A DNA stretch of 64,000 nucleotides from Ignavibacteriota bacterium (GTDB lineage: Bacteria > Bacteroidota > Ignavibacteria > UBA10030 > UBA6906): positions 34,018-98,017 of the forward strand of contig CAVVIT010000008.1 of assembly GCA_963748405.1 (NCBI GenBank). Reading direction: 5' to 3'. A program made the translations under genes and the position numbers. This document shows positions 26,773 to 36,487 of this stretch, one piece after another (position 1 is the stretch's first letter; every line of letters starts with the position of its first letter). The notes under the pieces were generated by a model that had not been told where the DNA came from, made no database searches, and saw only the letters and a program-made list of their open reading frames with translations.

Positions 26773-27704
26773 GCAATTCCGCGCTTGAAATACGGGGATG
26801 CAGATCCCGGGATGAGCTCGAGGAGGTTGTTTCGCTGTGCGATGCGGCCTTCCCGAAAACGTCGAGAGAGTATTTTGCGAGACACGTGTTGAAAGATCGC
26901 ACGCTTGCGCCGGCCGACACGAGAATACTGGTGAAGGACCGGACAATCGTCAGCTCGGTGCAGGTGTTTCCCCGCACGATGTACTGCCGGGGAGAGAAAA
27001 TCGGCTTTGGAGGAATCGGCAACGTCGCGACACTTCCCTCCGAGCGTGAAAAGGGATATGCGGGGAGGGTGCTCCGGGACGCGCTCGAATACATCCGGAA
27101 CAAGAGACTCCCGGTTTCGCTCCTGACGACGACGATCAACTCATATTATGCGAAGTTCGGCTTCCAGACAATCCAGAGGCACATCGTGCAGATGGAGCTC
27201 CCCCGCGCCGGGGAACACCCGGTGGTTCGGGGGTTCGACCGCACCCGCGATTTGGAGAGGGTGAAGGAGCTGTACAACCGGTTCAACACTCAATTCGTCG
27301 GGTCCCTTGTGCGCGACGAGAAATACTGGGACTCCCAGCTCGAGTTCTGTGACGAAGACAGGAACCTGTTCTTTGTCCATGAGACGGCGGGAGAGTTGCG
27401 CGGGTTTGTTCGCGCCCGGAAAGAGGCCGATCACCTCCAGGTCATGGAGTATGGATTTGCCGTGAACCAGCAGGAAGTCCTGCCGGGGCTTTTCGAACAT
27501 CTCGCGGCTCGTGCGGGAGAGCGCAGGCTGAAGTTGTTTGCCTCCGACACGGAGAAGCCGTATCTGTCGTTCGGAAACGGTGGAAGGGCCCGCCCCGACA
27601 CGGATATGATGGTCAGTATCATTGACCCGGGCTTAAGCGCCGAAGTCCGGGATACGCTCCGCCGCGATTACCAGCTGACGTTCTGGCTCACGGACTTCTT
27701 TTGA
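26769..27704 (+). CDS. GNAT N-acetyltransferase, Eis-like three-domain layout
   Basis: GFGGIGNVATLPSEREKGYAGRVLRDALEYI (acetyl-CoA binding region). YYAKFGF. The extended C-terminal half is as in Eis-like enzymes. Its ATG overlaps the permease stop. Confidence 0.75.
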   Translation: MSNSALEIRGCRSRDELEEVVSLCDAAFPKTSREYFARHVLKDRTLAPADTRILVKDRTIVSSVQVFPRTMYCRGEKIGFGGIGNVATLPSEREKGYAGRVLRDALEYIRNKRLPVSLLTTTINSYYAKFGFQTIQRHIVQMELPRAGEHPVVRGFDRTRDLERVKELYNRFNTQFVGSLVRDEKYWDSQLEFCDEDRNLFFVHETAGELRGFVRARKEADHLQVMEYGFAVNQQEVLPGLFEHLAARAGERRLKLFASDTEKPYLSFGNGGRARPDTDMMVSIIDPGLSAEVRDTLRRDYQLTFWLTDFF

Positions 27705-27742
27705 ATCGAATCGCAGAATGCGGAATACGATCGGATAATTAC

Positions 27743-30385
27743 ATGCGCAATGGCATCCTCTTCATAGTACTCCTGTTTGCCCCGCTTGCGCGGGCGCAGG
27801 ATCAGGCGTACGTCGAGAAGCACGATGACCGGATTGCCATAGGGAACCGGTACGTCGAGCGCGTGATCGGTCTTCCTCCGGGGAAAGGGATAAGCTCGAG
27901 AGTCGTAAACAAGCTCACGGGAAAGACGTACGATCTGCAGGACGACATATTCGAGCTGCACATGGTCTTCGCGGGCCTCGGACCCGCTCCCGGAAAGGAG
28001 CAGAACGGTGAAAACGATGTCGTCCTGTCAGCAAAGGACTTCCAATTCACCGGCAGCGAGGTGAGCGATCGTCCAGGCGGGGGGAAGGAACTGAGCTTGA
28101 ACTTCCGCTACGACTGGGGGCTGTCACTGCTATTGCTGAAGGCGAGGTTCGAAATTGACTCCGCACGATATTCGCTACGAAAATGGATTGAGGTTTCCGA
28201 TTCGCTGGACAGGGTTCAGTTCCTCGATCGCATTGACGTTGAATCCATGACATTCTCCCGCCCCCGCTTCTCCGGCGGGAAACTGGGGCAGCCGGTGTTC
28301 AACGACGACATTTTCTGGGGAATCGAATACCCGACGGCGGAAACCGGGATCCGGGGCAACGCTGTCCGAAGCGGGTACGTGTGCGGCCGGGAGATCGGAA
28401 GCGAACCGTACCGGAGTCATTCGTGCATTCTCGGGTGCTCGCGTTCTTCGTCGAACCGGGTCGACGCGTTCATGGAGTATGTCGACGGCATCAAGGTGAA
28501 CGGTACGCGTCCCTACCTCCTGTATAACTCCTGGTACGATCTCAGGAACCCGGCGATTGCGGAAGATTCCCTCGGGATCATGAACGAACGGAGAGTGTTG
28601 AGCACGATCGACGCGTTCAAAGCAAATCTTTTCGACAGGCATGGGATTCGGCTCGATGCCTTTGTTCTCGACGACGGCTGGGACAGCTATGACCGGGTGT
28701 GGGGAATCGATTCCCTGAGGTTCCCGAAGGGATTCTCGGCGATCGCGAACGCCCTCGGCGGGACGAAGAGCTCGCTCGGCCTCTGGGCGTCCCCATTCGG
28801 AGGCTATTCAAACCGCGATCGCCGCGTGCGATGGGCCAATGAGAACGGCTATGAGACGACGGGGAATTTCCTCTGCCTTGCCGGCACAAGGTATCAACGC
28901 TACTACAAGAACGCGATGGAGGGCTATGAGGGGAGTTTCGGGGTCGGATACTTTAAATGGGACGGCATGCTCCTCTCGTGCAGCGAACCAAATCACGGAC
29001 ATTTGCAGGGTATCTATTCACGCGGGGCCCAGGTCGACGCATATGTCGACATCATGAAGTCCGTCCGGCAGCGGGATCCGCACGTCTTCCTCAATATAAC
29101 GACCGGGGCATGGCTCTCCCCCTGGTGGCTGCGATACGCCGACTGCATGTGGATGCAGGGGGAAGACTATGCTTACCAGGAAAACGCCCCGTCGCTGAAC
29201 GACAGGCAGAAGTCCATCACCTACAAGGACGTCGTCCTGTGGGAAGACCTTCGAAAGATGGGCCTTCTTTTCCCCATGTCGAGCCTGATGACGCACGGGA
29301 TCATCAAAGGGCGATACAATCTCCTGGGGGGGGCGAATGAGTCGCTCGGCTCGTTCTGCGATGAAGCTATGATGTACTTCGGGCGCGGGGTGATGATGTG
29401 GGAGCTCTATATCTCACCTGACGTGCTCTCTCCGGGTGAATGGAATGCGATCGCCTCGTCGGTGAAATGGGCGACGTCGAACCAGGACGTCCTGAAGAAG
29501 ACCCGGATGGTGCTGGGCGATCCCCGTCGGGGAGAAGCGTACGGCTACCTGCATATGAAGAAGGAGAAGGGCATTCTGCTTGTCAGAAATCCCGGCCCGG
29601 CGGATCGGACGGTCCGCCTGAACCTGACGCCGGATCTCGGCGATTTCGACGCGTCGACGGACTACTACGTCAGTGTGATGTACCCATACAATCGTGTCCT
29701 GCCCGATCCCGTCCGCCTTGGGGGCGTCCTGTCGCTCCATCTGGGGGGGTACGAGGTCCTGACGGCAGAACTGGTCCCCGCGAAGGATATTGACAGAAGT
29801 CTCCCCGTCGGTGTGAGGTATTCAGTCGAAAACGGAGATCTACTCGTGTGGGGAAGGCGCGGCGAGAGGAGTGCCATCCGCTCACTTGACAATCACCGTT
29901 TGGGTGAAGTGCGCTTTGGTGATTCGGTCAGAAAAGTCGATTGCAACGCGGACTCGCATGTGAGCGGTGACGGGACGGAGTGCTCGACCCGTCTGAACGT
30001 GATCGTTCCCGAAGACTTCGGGAAGGGTCAACTTTCCGCCCTGATCGAACTTGGCGCATTGTCGCCGCAGAGGAAGGCCCCGAAATTCACAATGGTCGTC
30101 AATGGGGTCCCCAGGGACGCCGCAGTCGAAGGAGGGGACGGCACCTGGTTCTGGGTAACGTCGGATCTCGATAAGGGACGAAACGGGATTGAGTGCTCCA
30201 TTCGTTTTACAGGGAAGGAAAAAGGAAAGGTCAGCTTCTGGTTGATGGGAGACAGACAGCTATCCGGTCGGAAGATCGGGAGAATCGCCGGAGGCGGGGA
30301 CACTCTCGTCCCCGCAAAGCCGTATCCGGCATCGATCGAAAAGGTCTTCATGCCTCTTTCGCACTATACAATCAATACGAATTGA
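27743..30385 (+). CDS. clan GH-D-like glycoside hydrolase (second copy, different architecture)
   Basis: Start moved to MRNGILFIVLLFAPLARAQ (signal peptide). Motifs FVLDDGWDSY and GYFKWDG. Confidence 0.65.
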   Translation: MRNGILFIVLLFAPLARAQDQAYVEKHDDRIAIGNRYVERVIGLPPGKGISSRVVNKLTGKTYDLQDDIFELHMVFAGLGPAPGKEQNGENDVVLSAKDFQFTGSEVSDRPGGGKELSLNFRYDWGLSLLLLKARFEIDSARYSLRKWIEVSDSLDRVQFLDRIDVESMTFSRPRFSGGKLGQPVFNDDIFWGIEYPTAETGIRGNAVRSGYVCGREIGSEPYRSHSCILGCSRSSSNRVDAFMEYVDGIKVNGTRPYLLYNSWYDLRNPAIAEDSLGIMNERRVLSTIDAFKANLFDRHGIRLDAFVLDDGWDSYDRVWGIDSLRFPKGFSAIANALGGTKSSLGLWASPFGGYSNRDRRVRWANENGYETTGNFLCLAGTRYQRYYKNAMEGYEGSFGVGYFKWDGMLLSCSEPNHGHLQGIYSRGAQVDAYVDIMKSVRQRDPHVFLNITTGAWLSPWWLRYADCMWMQGEDYAYQENAPSLNDRQKSITYKDVVLWEDLRKMGLLFPMSSLMTHGIIKGRYNLLGGANESLGSFCDEAMMYFGRGVMMWELYISPDVLSPGEWNAIASSVKWATSNQDVLKKTRMVLGDPRRGEAYGYLHMKKEKGILLVRNPGPADRTVRLNLTPDLGDFDASTDYYVSVMYPYNRVLPDPVRLGGVLSLHLGGYEVLTAELVPAKDIDRSLPVGVRYSVENGDLLVWGRRGERSAIRSLDNHRLGEVRFGDSVRKVDCNADSHVSGDGTECSTRLNVIVPEDFGKGQLSALIELGALSPQRKAPKFTMVVNGVPRDAAVEGGDGTWFWVTSDLDKGRNGIECSIRFTGKEKGKVSFWLMGDRQLSGRKIGRIAGGGDTLVPAKPYPASIEKVFMPLSHYTINTN

Positions 30386-30399
30386 AATCGGGAAATATC

Positions 30400-31500
30400 A
30401 TGAGAACGGACCCAGGTGAACTGAAAGTGAGCACACCGGGAAGAATTTGCCTTTTCGGGGAGCACCAGGACTACCTGAACCTCCCGGTTATCGCTTCCGC
30501 CATCTCCTTGAGGATCTCTATCGAGGGTCAAAGGCGCGATGACGCGCAGGTGGTCGTCCATTTGCCCGACATCGGCAAAGTGGAGACGTTCTCCCTGGTC
30601 GAGCCGATCGTCTACGACAGGGAGAGCGACTATCTCAAGAGCGTGGTGAACGTCCTGCGGCGTCACGGGCTGCAATTCTCACGGGGGGTCGAATGCTCCG
30701 TTCACGGTGAAATCCCGATCAACGCCGGGACATCGAGTTCATCGGCGCTGATCGTCGCCTGGGTGAACTTCATGGCGAGGATGAGCGATCCGAAAGGAGT
30801 CCGCCTTTCGGCCGAACGGATCGCGCAGTATGCGCACGAAGCGGAAGTTCTCGAGTTTGCCGAACCGGGCGGAATGATGGACCACTACTCGACGGCGGTC
30901 GGTGGTACGATCTTCCTGGAGTCGTATCCGAAGATCCAGGTGAAGAAGCTGAATGCGAAGCTCGGCGCACTGGTGCTGGGGAATTCCAACGAACCGAAGG
31001 ACACCAAGTTCATCCTGGCACGGGTGAAGAACCAGATTCTGGAGGTTGTCCGCCGCCTGGAAGCGTCGCATCCCGGCTTTTCACTGCGAACCATACAGGA
31101 ATCCGGCATCGATGAGCTTTCCGGCGAGCTGACCGGTGAGCAGGCCGAGCTCCTGCACGGAACCATCCGGAACAGGGATATCACCACGCGGGCGATGAAG
31201 GTGCTGCGGGAAAAGAACCTTGACCACCGGCTGATCGGCTCATTGCTGAATGATCACCAGAAAGTGTTGCGTGACGTCCTGAAGATCTCGACGCCGAAAA
31301 TCGATCGCATGATCGGGGCCGCACTTGAGGCGGGAGCGTTCGGGGCAAAGATCAACGGTTCGGGGGGCGGCGGGTGCATGTTCGCGTACGCTCCGACAAA
31401 TGCGAAAGCGGTGAAGGAGGCGATAGAGAAGGACGGGGAGGAGGCGTACATCCTGAAAGTGGACGAAGGGACGCGGGCCAAAACCATGGCGGCGGCATGA
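30400..31500 (+). CDS. GHMP-family sugar kinase (galactokinase-like)
   Basis: Start at ATG 30400. GRICLFGEHQDY matches the galactokinase signature. GHMP motif PINAGTSSSSALIVA. C-terminal GSGGGGCMFAY. Confidence 0.85.
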   Translation: MRTDPGELKVSTPGRICLFGEHQDYLNLPVIASAISLRISIEGQRRDDAQVVVHLPDIGKVETFSLVEPIVYDRESDYLKSVVNVLRRHGLQFSRGVECSVHGEIPINAGTSSSSALIVAWVNFMARMSDPKGVRLSAERIAQYAHEAEVLEFAEPGGMMDHYSTAVGGTIFLESYPKIQVKKLNAKLGALVLGNSNEPKDTKFILARVKNQILEVVRRLEASHPGFSLRTIQESGIDELSGELTGEQAELLHGTIRNRDITTRAMKVLREKNLDHRLIGSLLNDHQKVLRDVLKISTPKIDRMIGAALEAGAFGAKINGSGGGGCMFAYAPTNAKAVKEAIEKDGEEAYILKVDEGTRAKTMAAA

Positions 31501-32375
31501 CGACGGATGGACGATTGGTCGTTCTCGCCGGGGGCATCTCTTCGCGGATGAAGAAGTCAGTGGCCCCGGAGTCTTCAGCCGACCCGGCCCTGATCCGCGA
31601 GGCGGACGTCAAGGCGAAATCCATGATCGGGGTCGGGAGGAACCAGAGGCCTTTCCTCGATTACCTTCTCTTCAACGCCAGGCAGGCGGGGTACGGGGAT
31701 GTCCTGATCGTCATCGGCGAGGGTGACGACAGCATTCGGAACTACTACGGCCATAAAGACGAGGACAACGAGTTTTCAGGGCTGAAGATCTCCTATGCAG
31801 TTCAGCACATACCGGCCGGCCGCGCGAAACCGATGGGAACGGCCGATGCGCTCTACCAGGGGCTCAAGGGGAAGAGCGGGTGGGCGGGCAAACGATTTAC
31901 CGTCTGCAACAGCGACAACCTGTACTCGGAAAAAGCCCTCGCGTTGATGCGGGAGCATAAGTACCGATGCGCCATGATTGATTATGACCGCCGCGCTTTA
32001 CAATTTGAGTGGAGCCGGATCGAACGGTTCGCCGTCACCCTGAAGGACCGCGAAGGCTTCCTGACGGGCATTATCGAAAAACCCTCGAAAGATCAGATAC
32101 AGGCGGCAACCGGAAGTGACGGATTTGTCGGCGTCAGCATGAACATATTCGATTTGCAGTATGACATGATATTTCCGTTCCTGGAGAAGGTCCCCTTTCA
32201 CCCGCTTCGCAACGAAAAGGAGCTCCCTGAAGCGGTCACGATGATGGTGGGTGCATATCCCCGATCCCTGTTCGCCTATCCTCTGTCCGAGCACGTCCTG
32301 GACCTTACGGAGAAGGGCGACATCTTGCCTGTGAAAAAATACCTGGAATCGCACTTTGAAAACGCCACATTCTGA
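31497..32375 (+). CDS. sugar-1-phosphate nucleotidyltransferase
   Basis: Start at ATG 31497 overlaps the kinase stop (ATGA). VVLAGGISSRMK matches the GxGxR nucleotidyltransferase motif. PMGTADAL. Confidence 0.8.
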   Translation: MTTDGRLVVLAGGISSRMKKSVAPESSADPALIREADVKAKSMIGVGRNQRPFLDYLLFNARQAGYGDVLIVIGEGDDSIRNYYGHKDEDNEFSGLKISYAVQHIPAGRAKPMGTADALYQGLKGKSGWAGKRFTVCNSDNLYSEKALALMREHKYRCAMIDYDRRALQFEWSRIERFAVTLKDREGFLTGIIEKPSKDQIQAATGSDGFVGVSMNIFDLQYDMIFPFLEKVPFHPLRNEKELPEAVTMMVGAYPRSLFAYPLSEHVLDLTEKGDILPVKKYLESHFENATF

Positions 32376-33597
32376 CCGAAAGAGCAAGGTCGACAAGAAG
32401 AATGAGATCAGGAGGATTCTGATCCTGAGGGCACTCCTGGACCACGGACCCTTGTCCCTGACTGACCTGGCGAAGATGACGGGGATGACCCTCCCCGTCG
32501 CATCGAATATCGTCGCGCTGCTCAGGAAAAAGAAGCAGGTCGTCCAGTCGAAAGAGAAAAATGGTACGCAGGCGGGACGTCCGCCGTCGATCGTCAAACT
32601 CAACGGAGAAGCCGGTTTCATCCTCGGAATCGATATCGGCAGGCTCTTCACCAATTTCATCATTCTTGACCTCGAAACGAACATCGTCGGAGATACCCGA
32701 AGGAAGTCCATCGCCCTGAGCAACGACATAAAATTGATCGATGACCTGGAACGCGAGATCAAGGTCGTCCTGTCGGAAGCGAAGGTAAGCTGGACCAAGC
32801 TTCTGGGCATAGGGATCTCGTTGCCGGGGATGGTAAAAGGAAAGGAAGGGCTCGGGGAGACCTATTTCAACTTCGGGGACGCGCCCGCCCGCGAGATTCT
32901 CTCAAGGCGGTTCAACAAGCCGGTCCACATCGAGCACGACCTGGAAGCGATGGCATTTGGCGAACGCTGGTTTGGCGCGGCGAAGGAAGTCGACAACGCA
33001 CTGTGCGTCAATATCGGCTGGGGACTCGGACTCGGCATCATCATCGACGGCGAAGTCTACTACGGCGAGAACGGGTACGCGGGGGAATTCGGGCATATCC
33101 AGGTGGTGCAGGACGGGGAACTGTGCTATTGCGGCAAGCGGGGCTGTCTGGAGACCGTCGCTTCCGGCAGGGCGATCACGCAGATCGCCCGGGACAGGAT
33201 TGCAAAGGATGCGACGACAATCATGACGAGGGAGCAGCACCTGCGCATCGACCAGATCGACGCGGAGGCCGTCCTGAGGGCCGCGAGCCTGGGAGACCAG
33301 TTCTCCATCGAGATCCTGGAAGAGGCGGGCCGTCACCTGGGGGCGGGCATAGGGATTTTGATAAACCTGCTGAACCCGGCGCTCATCATTCTCGGCGGCG
33401 GCGTCTCGACGGCGTCCCCGTTCCTGCTGGAATCGGTGCGCGCGGGTGCAATGAAACATTCGCTTGTTAATTTGAATCGCGCCGTCAAGTTTACCACGTC
33501 CCGCCTCGGAAATAAGGCGGGCGCGCTCGGGGTCGCCGTGTACCTGGCGGAGGACCTGTTTGACGTCGAACGCCTCAATCCCCTCGCATACGTGTAG
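32356..33597 (+). CDS. ROK-family transcriptional regulator (NagC/XylR-like)
   Basis: TTG start. N-terminal wHTH (LRALLDHGPLSLTDLAKMTGMTLPVASNIV). ROK signature GYAGEFGHIQV...CYCGKRGCLE. Confidence 0.85.
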   Translation: MKTPHSDRKSKVDKKNEIRRILILRALLDHGPLSLTDLAKMTGMTLPVASNIVALLRKKKQVVQSKEKNGTQAGRPPSIVKLNGEAGFILGIDIGRLFTNFIILDLETNIVGDTRRKSIALSNDIKLIDDLEREIKVVLSEAKVSWTKLLGIGISLPGMVKGKEGLGETYFNFGDAPAREILSRRFNKPVHIEHDLEAMAFGERWFGAAKEVDNALCVNIGWGLGLGIIIDGEVYYGENGYAGEFGHIQVVQDGELCYCGKRGCLETVASGRAITQIARDRIAKDATTIMTREQHLRIDQIDAEAVLRAASLGDQFSIEILEEAGRHLGAGIGILINLLNPALIILGGGVSTASPFLLESVRAGAMKHSLVNLNRAVKFTTSRLGNKAGALGVAVYLAEDLFDVERLNPLAYV

Positions 33598-33616
33598 CCG
33601 GAGATCCTGAACAACA

Positions 33617-34555
33617 ATGCCTGATCTGAAAATTGTGGTCACCGGAGGTGCCGGGTTCATCGGCTCTCATATTGCCGAATACTGGAAGGGCGAAAATGCT
33701 GATGTCCACGTCATCGACAATCTGAGAACCGGCAGAAGCGAAAACATCGAGCAATTGGAAGGAGTCACGTTCCACCGTGTGAGCATTACGGACCGGGAAG
33801 CGGTGTTCGAGATCCTGGAGGGTGCGCGCTACGTGCACCATCTTGCCGCGCTGGTATCCGTTCCCGAGTCCATCCACAAGCCGCTGGAATGCGTCGAGAT
33901 CAATGTCCGGGGACTGATCAACGTCCTGGATGCAGCGGCGAGACACGGGGTCCGAAAGATCGTTCACAGCAGCAGCGCGGCGGTCTACGGCGACAATCCC
34001 GCACCGGTCAAGGATACGGACCTGATGCCGATGCCGAAATCTCCGTATGGCATCACGAAACTCGACGGCGAGTATTACCTTCAGGTCTACCAGGAGAACT
34101 TCGGCCTGGAGAGCGTTTCCCTCCGGTACTTCAATGTGTTTGGTCCGAGGCAGGACCCCGAAAGCCAGTACGCGGCGGCCGTTCCCATATTCATCCTGAA
34201 GGCCCTCCGCGGCGAACCGATCGTCATATACGGGGACGGCGAGCAGACAAGGGATTTTGTCTACGTGCGGGACGTGGTCAGCGCGAACGTCCTGGCGGCG
34301 ACCGGCCGCGGAACGACGGGGGTGTTTAACGTCGCACTGGGCCGCGCGATCACGATCAACGAATTGGCCAGGACCATCGTTCAGGGGGCGGGGAGCACGA
34401 GCACGATCGTTCACGAAGGAGAACGGCCGGGTGAGATCAGGCACAGCCTGGCATCGATCGAGCGAACTGTCAGGGGCCTGAACTTCGCTCCCCGGTACAC
34501 GCTTCTCGAAGGGCTGAACGAAACGGCCATGCATATGAAAAGCTCCCTGAATTGA
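33617..34555 (+). CDS. NAD-dependent sugar-nucleotide 4-epimerase (GalE/WbpP-like SDR)
   Basis: VTGGAGFIGSH, SSSAAVYG, YGITK (YxxxK), RYFNVFGPRQ. Confidence 0.9.
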   Translation: MPDLKIVVTGGAGFIGSHIAEYWKGENADVHVIDNLRTGRSENIEQLEGVTFHRVSITDREAVFEILEGARYVHHLAALVSVPESIHKPLECVEINVRGLINVLDAAARHGVRKIVHSSSAAVYGDNPAPVKDTDLMPMPKSPYGITKLDGEYYLQVYQENFGLESVSLRYFNVFGPRQDPESQYAAAVPIFILKALRGEPIVIYGDGEQTRDFVYVRDVVSANVLAATGRGTTGVFNVALGRAITINELARTIVQGAGSTSTIVHEGERPGEIRHSLASIERTVRGLNFAPRYTLLEGLNETAMHMKSSLN

Positions 34556-34628
34556 GCAAAGACACACGGGGGTCGGACTCTTTCCGGATCTTCAGAAGCA
34601 ATTTCACATCCATCACATGGTGTAAACC

Positions 34629-36449
34629 GTGCACCTCCAGCTTATTGATTGGGTAATCATCGGGGTAATCCTCGTCGTCTGCTTCGGGCCCGCCCTGTTC
34701 TTTGGCAAGCGGGCCGGAAAGAACACGTCCGAATTCTTCGCATCGGGACGCTCGGTACCCTGGTGGCTGGCCGGCCTCTCAATGGTCGCGACCACGTTCA
34801 GCAGCGATACGCCGAACCTGGTGACGGATATCGTGCGCCGCAACGGCGTGTCGGGAAACTGGGTCTGGTGGGCATTCGTGCTCACCGGAGTCTCGACGGT
34901 CTTCTTTTACGCGCGCCTCTGGAGGCGCTCGGGGGTGCTGACGGACCTTGAATTTTACGAGATCCGGTATTCGGGAAAGGCCGCCGCGTTCGTCCGCGGG
35001 TTCAGGTCGGTCTACCTCGGGCTGTTCTTCAACTGCATGATCATGGCAACCGTCAATCTCGCCGCGTGCAAGATTGCCGGGCTGCTTTTCGGCCTGGAAC
35101 GGTGGCAGACGCTCGCGCTCGTCGGCGTCCTGAACGTGATCTTCGCCGCCCATTCGGGACTCTGGGGCGTCCTGGTGATCGATATGATTCAATTTTTCAT
35201 CAAGATGACGGCGGTCATCGCCGCGGCGTATTTTGCCGTCAACCTTCCCCAGGTCGGTGGGCTCAGCGGGATGGTGCAAAAACTCTCGGTGCTCAAAGGG
35301 CCGGGCGGCGTGAACTACCTTAATATGCTTCCGGATTTCACCAACACCTGGGATATCGCCGTTGCCGTCTTCATCATGCCGGTTGCCGTGCAGTGGTGGG
35401 CGGTCTGGTACCCGGGTGCCGAACCGGGCGGCGGAAGCTATATCGCCCAGCGCATGCTGGCATCAAAGTCCGAGAAGGACTCGCTCGGAGCAGTCCTGTT
35501 CTTCAATATTGCGCACTACGTTCTCCGGCCGTGGCCCTGGATCCTGGTCGGGCTTTGTTCGCTGATCATCTACCCGCATCTTTCGGATATCCAGGCCGCC
35601 TTCCCGAACCTGGACCCGAAATTGCTGGGGCACGACATCGCCTATCCGGCCATGCTGACGTTCCTGCCGGTGGGATTCATGGGTCTGATGATCGGAGGGC
35701 TGATTGCAGCCAATTCCTCCACCAACCTGACGCATCTCAACTGGGGGGCGTCATACCTGGTCCACGATTTCTACCGGCGGTTTCTGCGCAAAGGGGCGAG
35801 CGAGAAACATTACGTTCGGGCGGGCCGCATTGTGACGATCGGCATATTCTTCTGCGCCTCGGGGACCGTCTTCCTGCTGGACTCGGCTAAGGATGCGTTT
35901 GACATCATCCTCCAGGTCGGCGCAGGGACGGGGCTGCTCTATCTCGTCCGGTGGTTCTGGTGGCGGGTCAACGCCTGGAGCGAGGTGGTCGCCATGGTCA
36001 GTTCGTTCGTTGTTTCGGTGACGCTTCTCGTCCTGAACAGAAACGGCGTGCATATTAGCACCCATATCGGCCTGCTTGTCACGATCGGCTTCACGAGCGT
36101 CTGCTGGATCCTCACCGCGATATTCGGTCCGGAAACCGACCGCACGACGCTGACGGAGTTCTATAAGAAAGTTCGGCCTTTCGGCCCGGGTTGGACCCGC
36201 ATCCGCAAAGAGGCCGGAATCTCGGTAGAGGAAGCAAAATCCTCAGGACAGAACATCCCGCTTGCCCTTCTCGGATGGGTGGCGGGATCCACCGCGATCT
36301 GGTCTGCCCTTTTCGTGGTCGGGAATTTCCTTTATGGCCGCATGGAATATGCGTTGATCTTGTTGGCCGTGTTTCTCGTGAGCGGCCTGGCCCTGTTATA
36401 TGTGGTGAACAGGCTATGGACCGGTGAAGGAAATGGAGACACTGTGTGA
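34629..36449 (+). CDS. sodium:solute symporter family transporter
   Basis: GTG start. About 13-14 TM segments. N-terminal GKRAGKNTSEFFASGRSVPWWLAGLSMVATTFSSDTP is typical of SSF. Confidence 0.85.
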   Translation: MHLQLIDWVIIGVILVVCFGPALFFGKRAGKNTSEFFASGRSVPWWLAGLSMVATTFSSDTPNLVTDIVRRNGVSGNWVWWAFVLTGVSTVFFYARLWRRSGVLTDLEFYEIRYSGKAAAFVRGFRSVYLGLFFNCMIMATVNLAACKIAGLLFGLERWQTLALVGVLNVIFAAHSGLWGVLVIDMIQFFIKMTAVIAAAYFAVNLPQVGGLSGMVQKLSVLKGPGGVNYLNMLPDFTNTWDIAVAVFIMPVAVQWWAVWYPGAEPGGGSYIAQRMLASKSEKDSLGAVLFFNIAHYVLRPWPWILVGLCSLIIYPHLSDIQAAFPNLDPKLLGHDIAYPAMLTFLPVGFMGLMIGGLIAANSSTNLTHLNWGASYLVHDFYRRFLRKGASEKHYVRAGRIVTIGIFFCASGTVFLLDSAKDAFDIILQVGAGTGLLYLVRWFWWRVNAWSEVVAMVSSFVVSVTLLVLNRNGVHISTHIGLLVTIGFTSVCWILTAIFGPETDRTTLTEFYKKVRPFGPGWTRIRKEAGISVEEAKSSGQNIPLALLGWVAGSTAIWSALFVVGNFLYGRMEYALILLAVFLVSGLALLYVVNRLWTGEGNGDTV

Positions 36450-36487
36450 ACGTACCTCCCGGCCTTTGTCTCAACCTGTAGTGCACG

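Noticed and set aside
1622-31496. Upstream extensions of several track ORFs (1622-1648, 16838-16870, 21575-21682, 27701-27742, 30193-30399, 31374-31496).
   Set aside because: Internal starts give proper signal peptides or family N-termini. Several also have SD sequences or ATGA overlaps with the upstream stop. The extensions overlap the preceding gene or a terminator-like hairpin.
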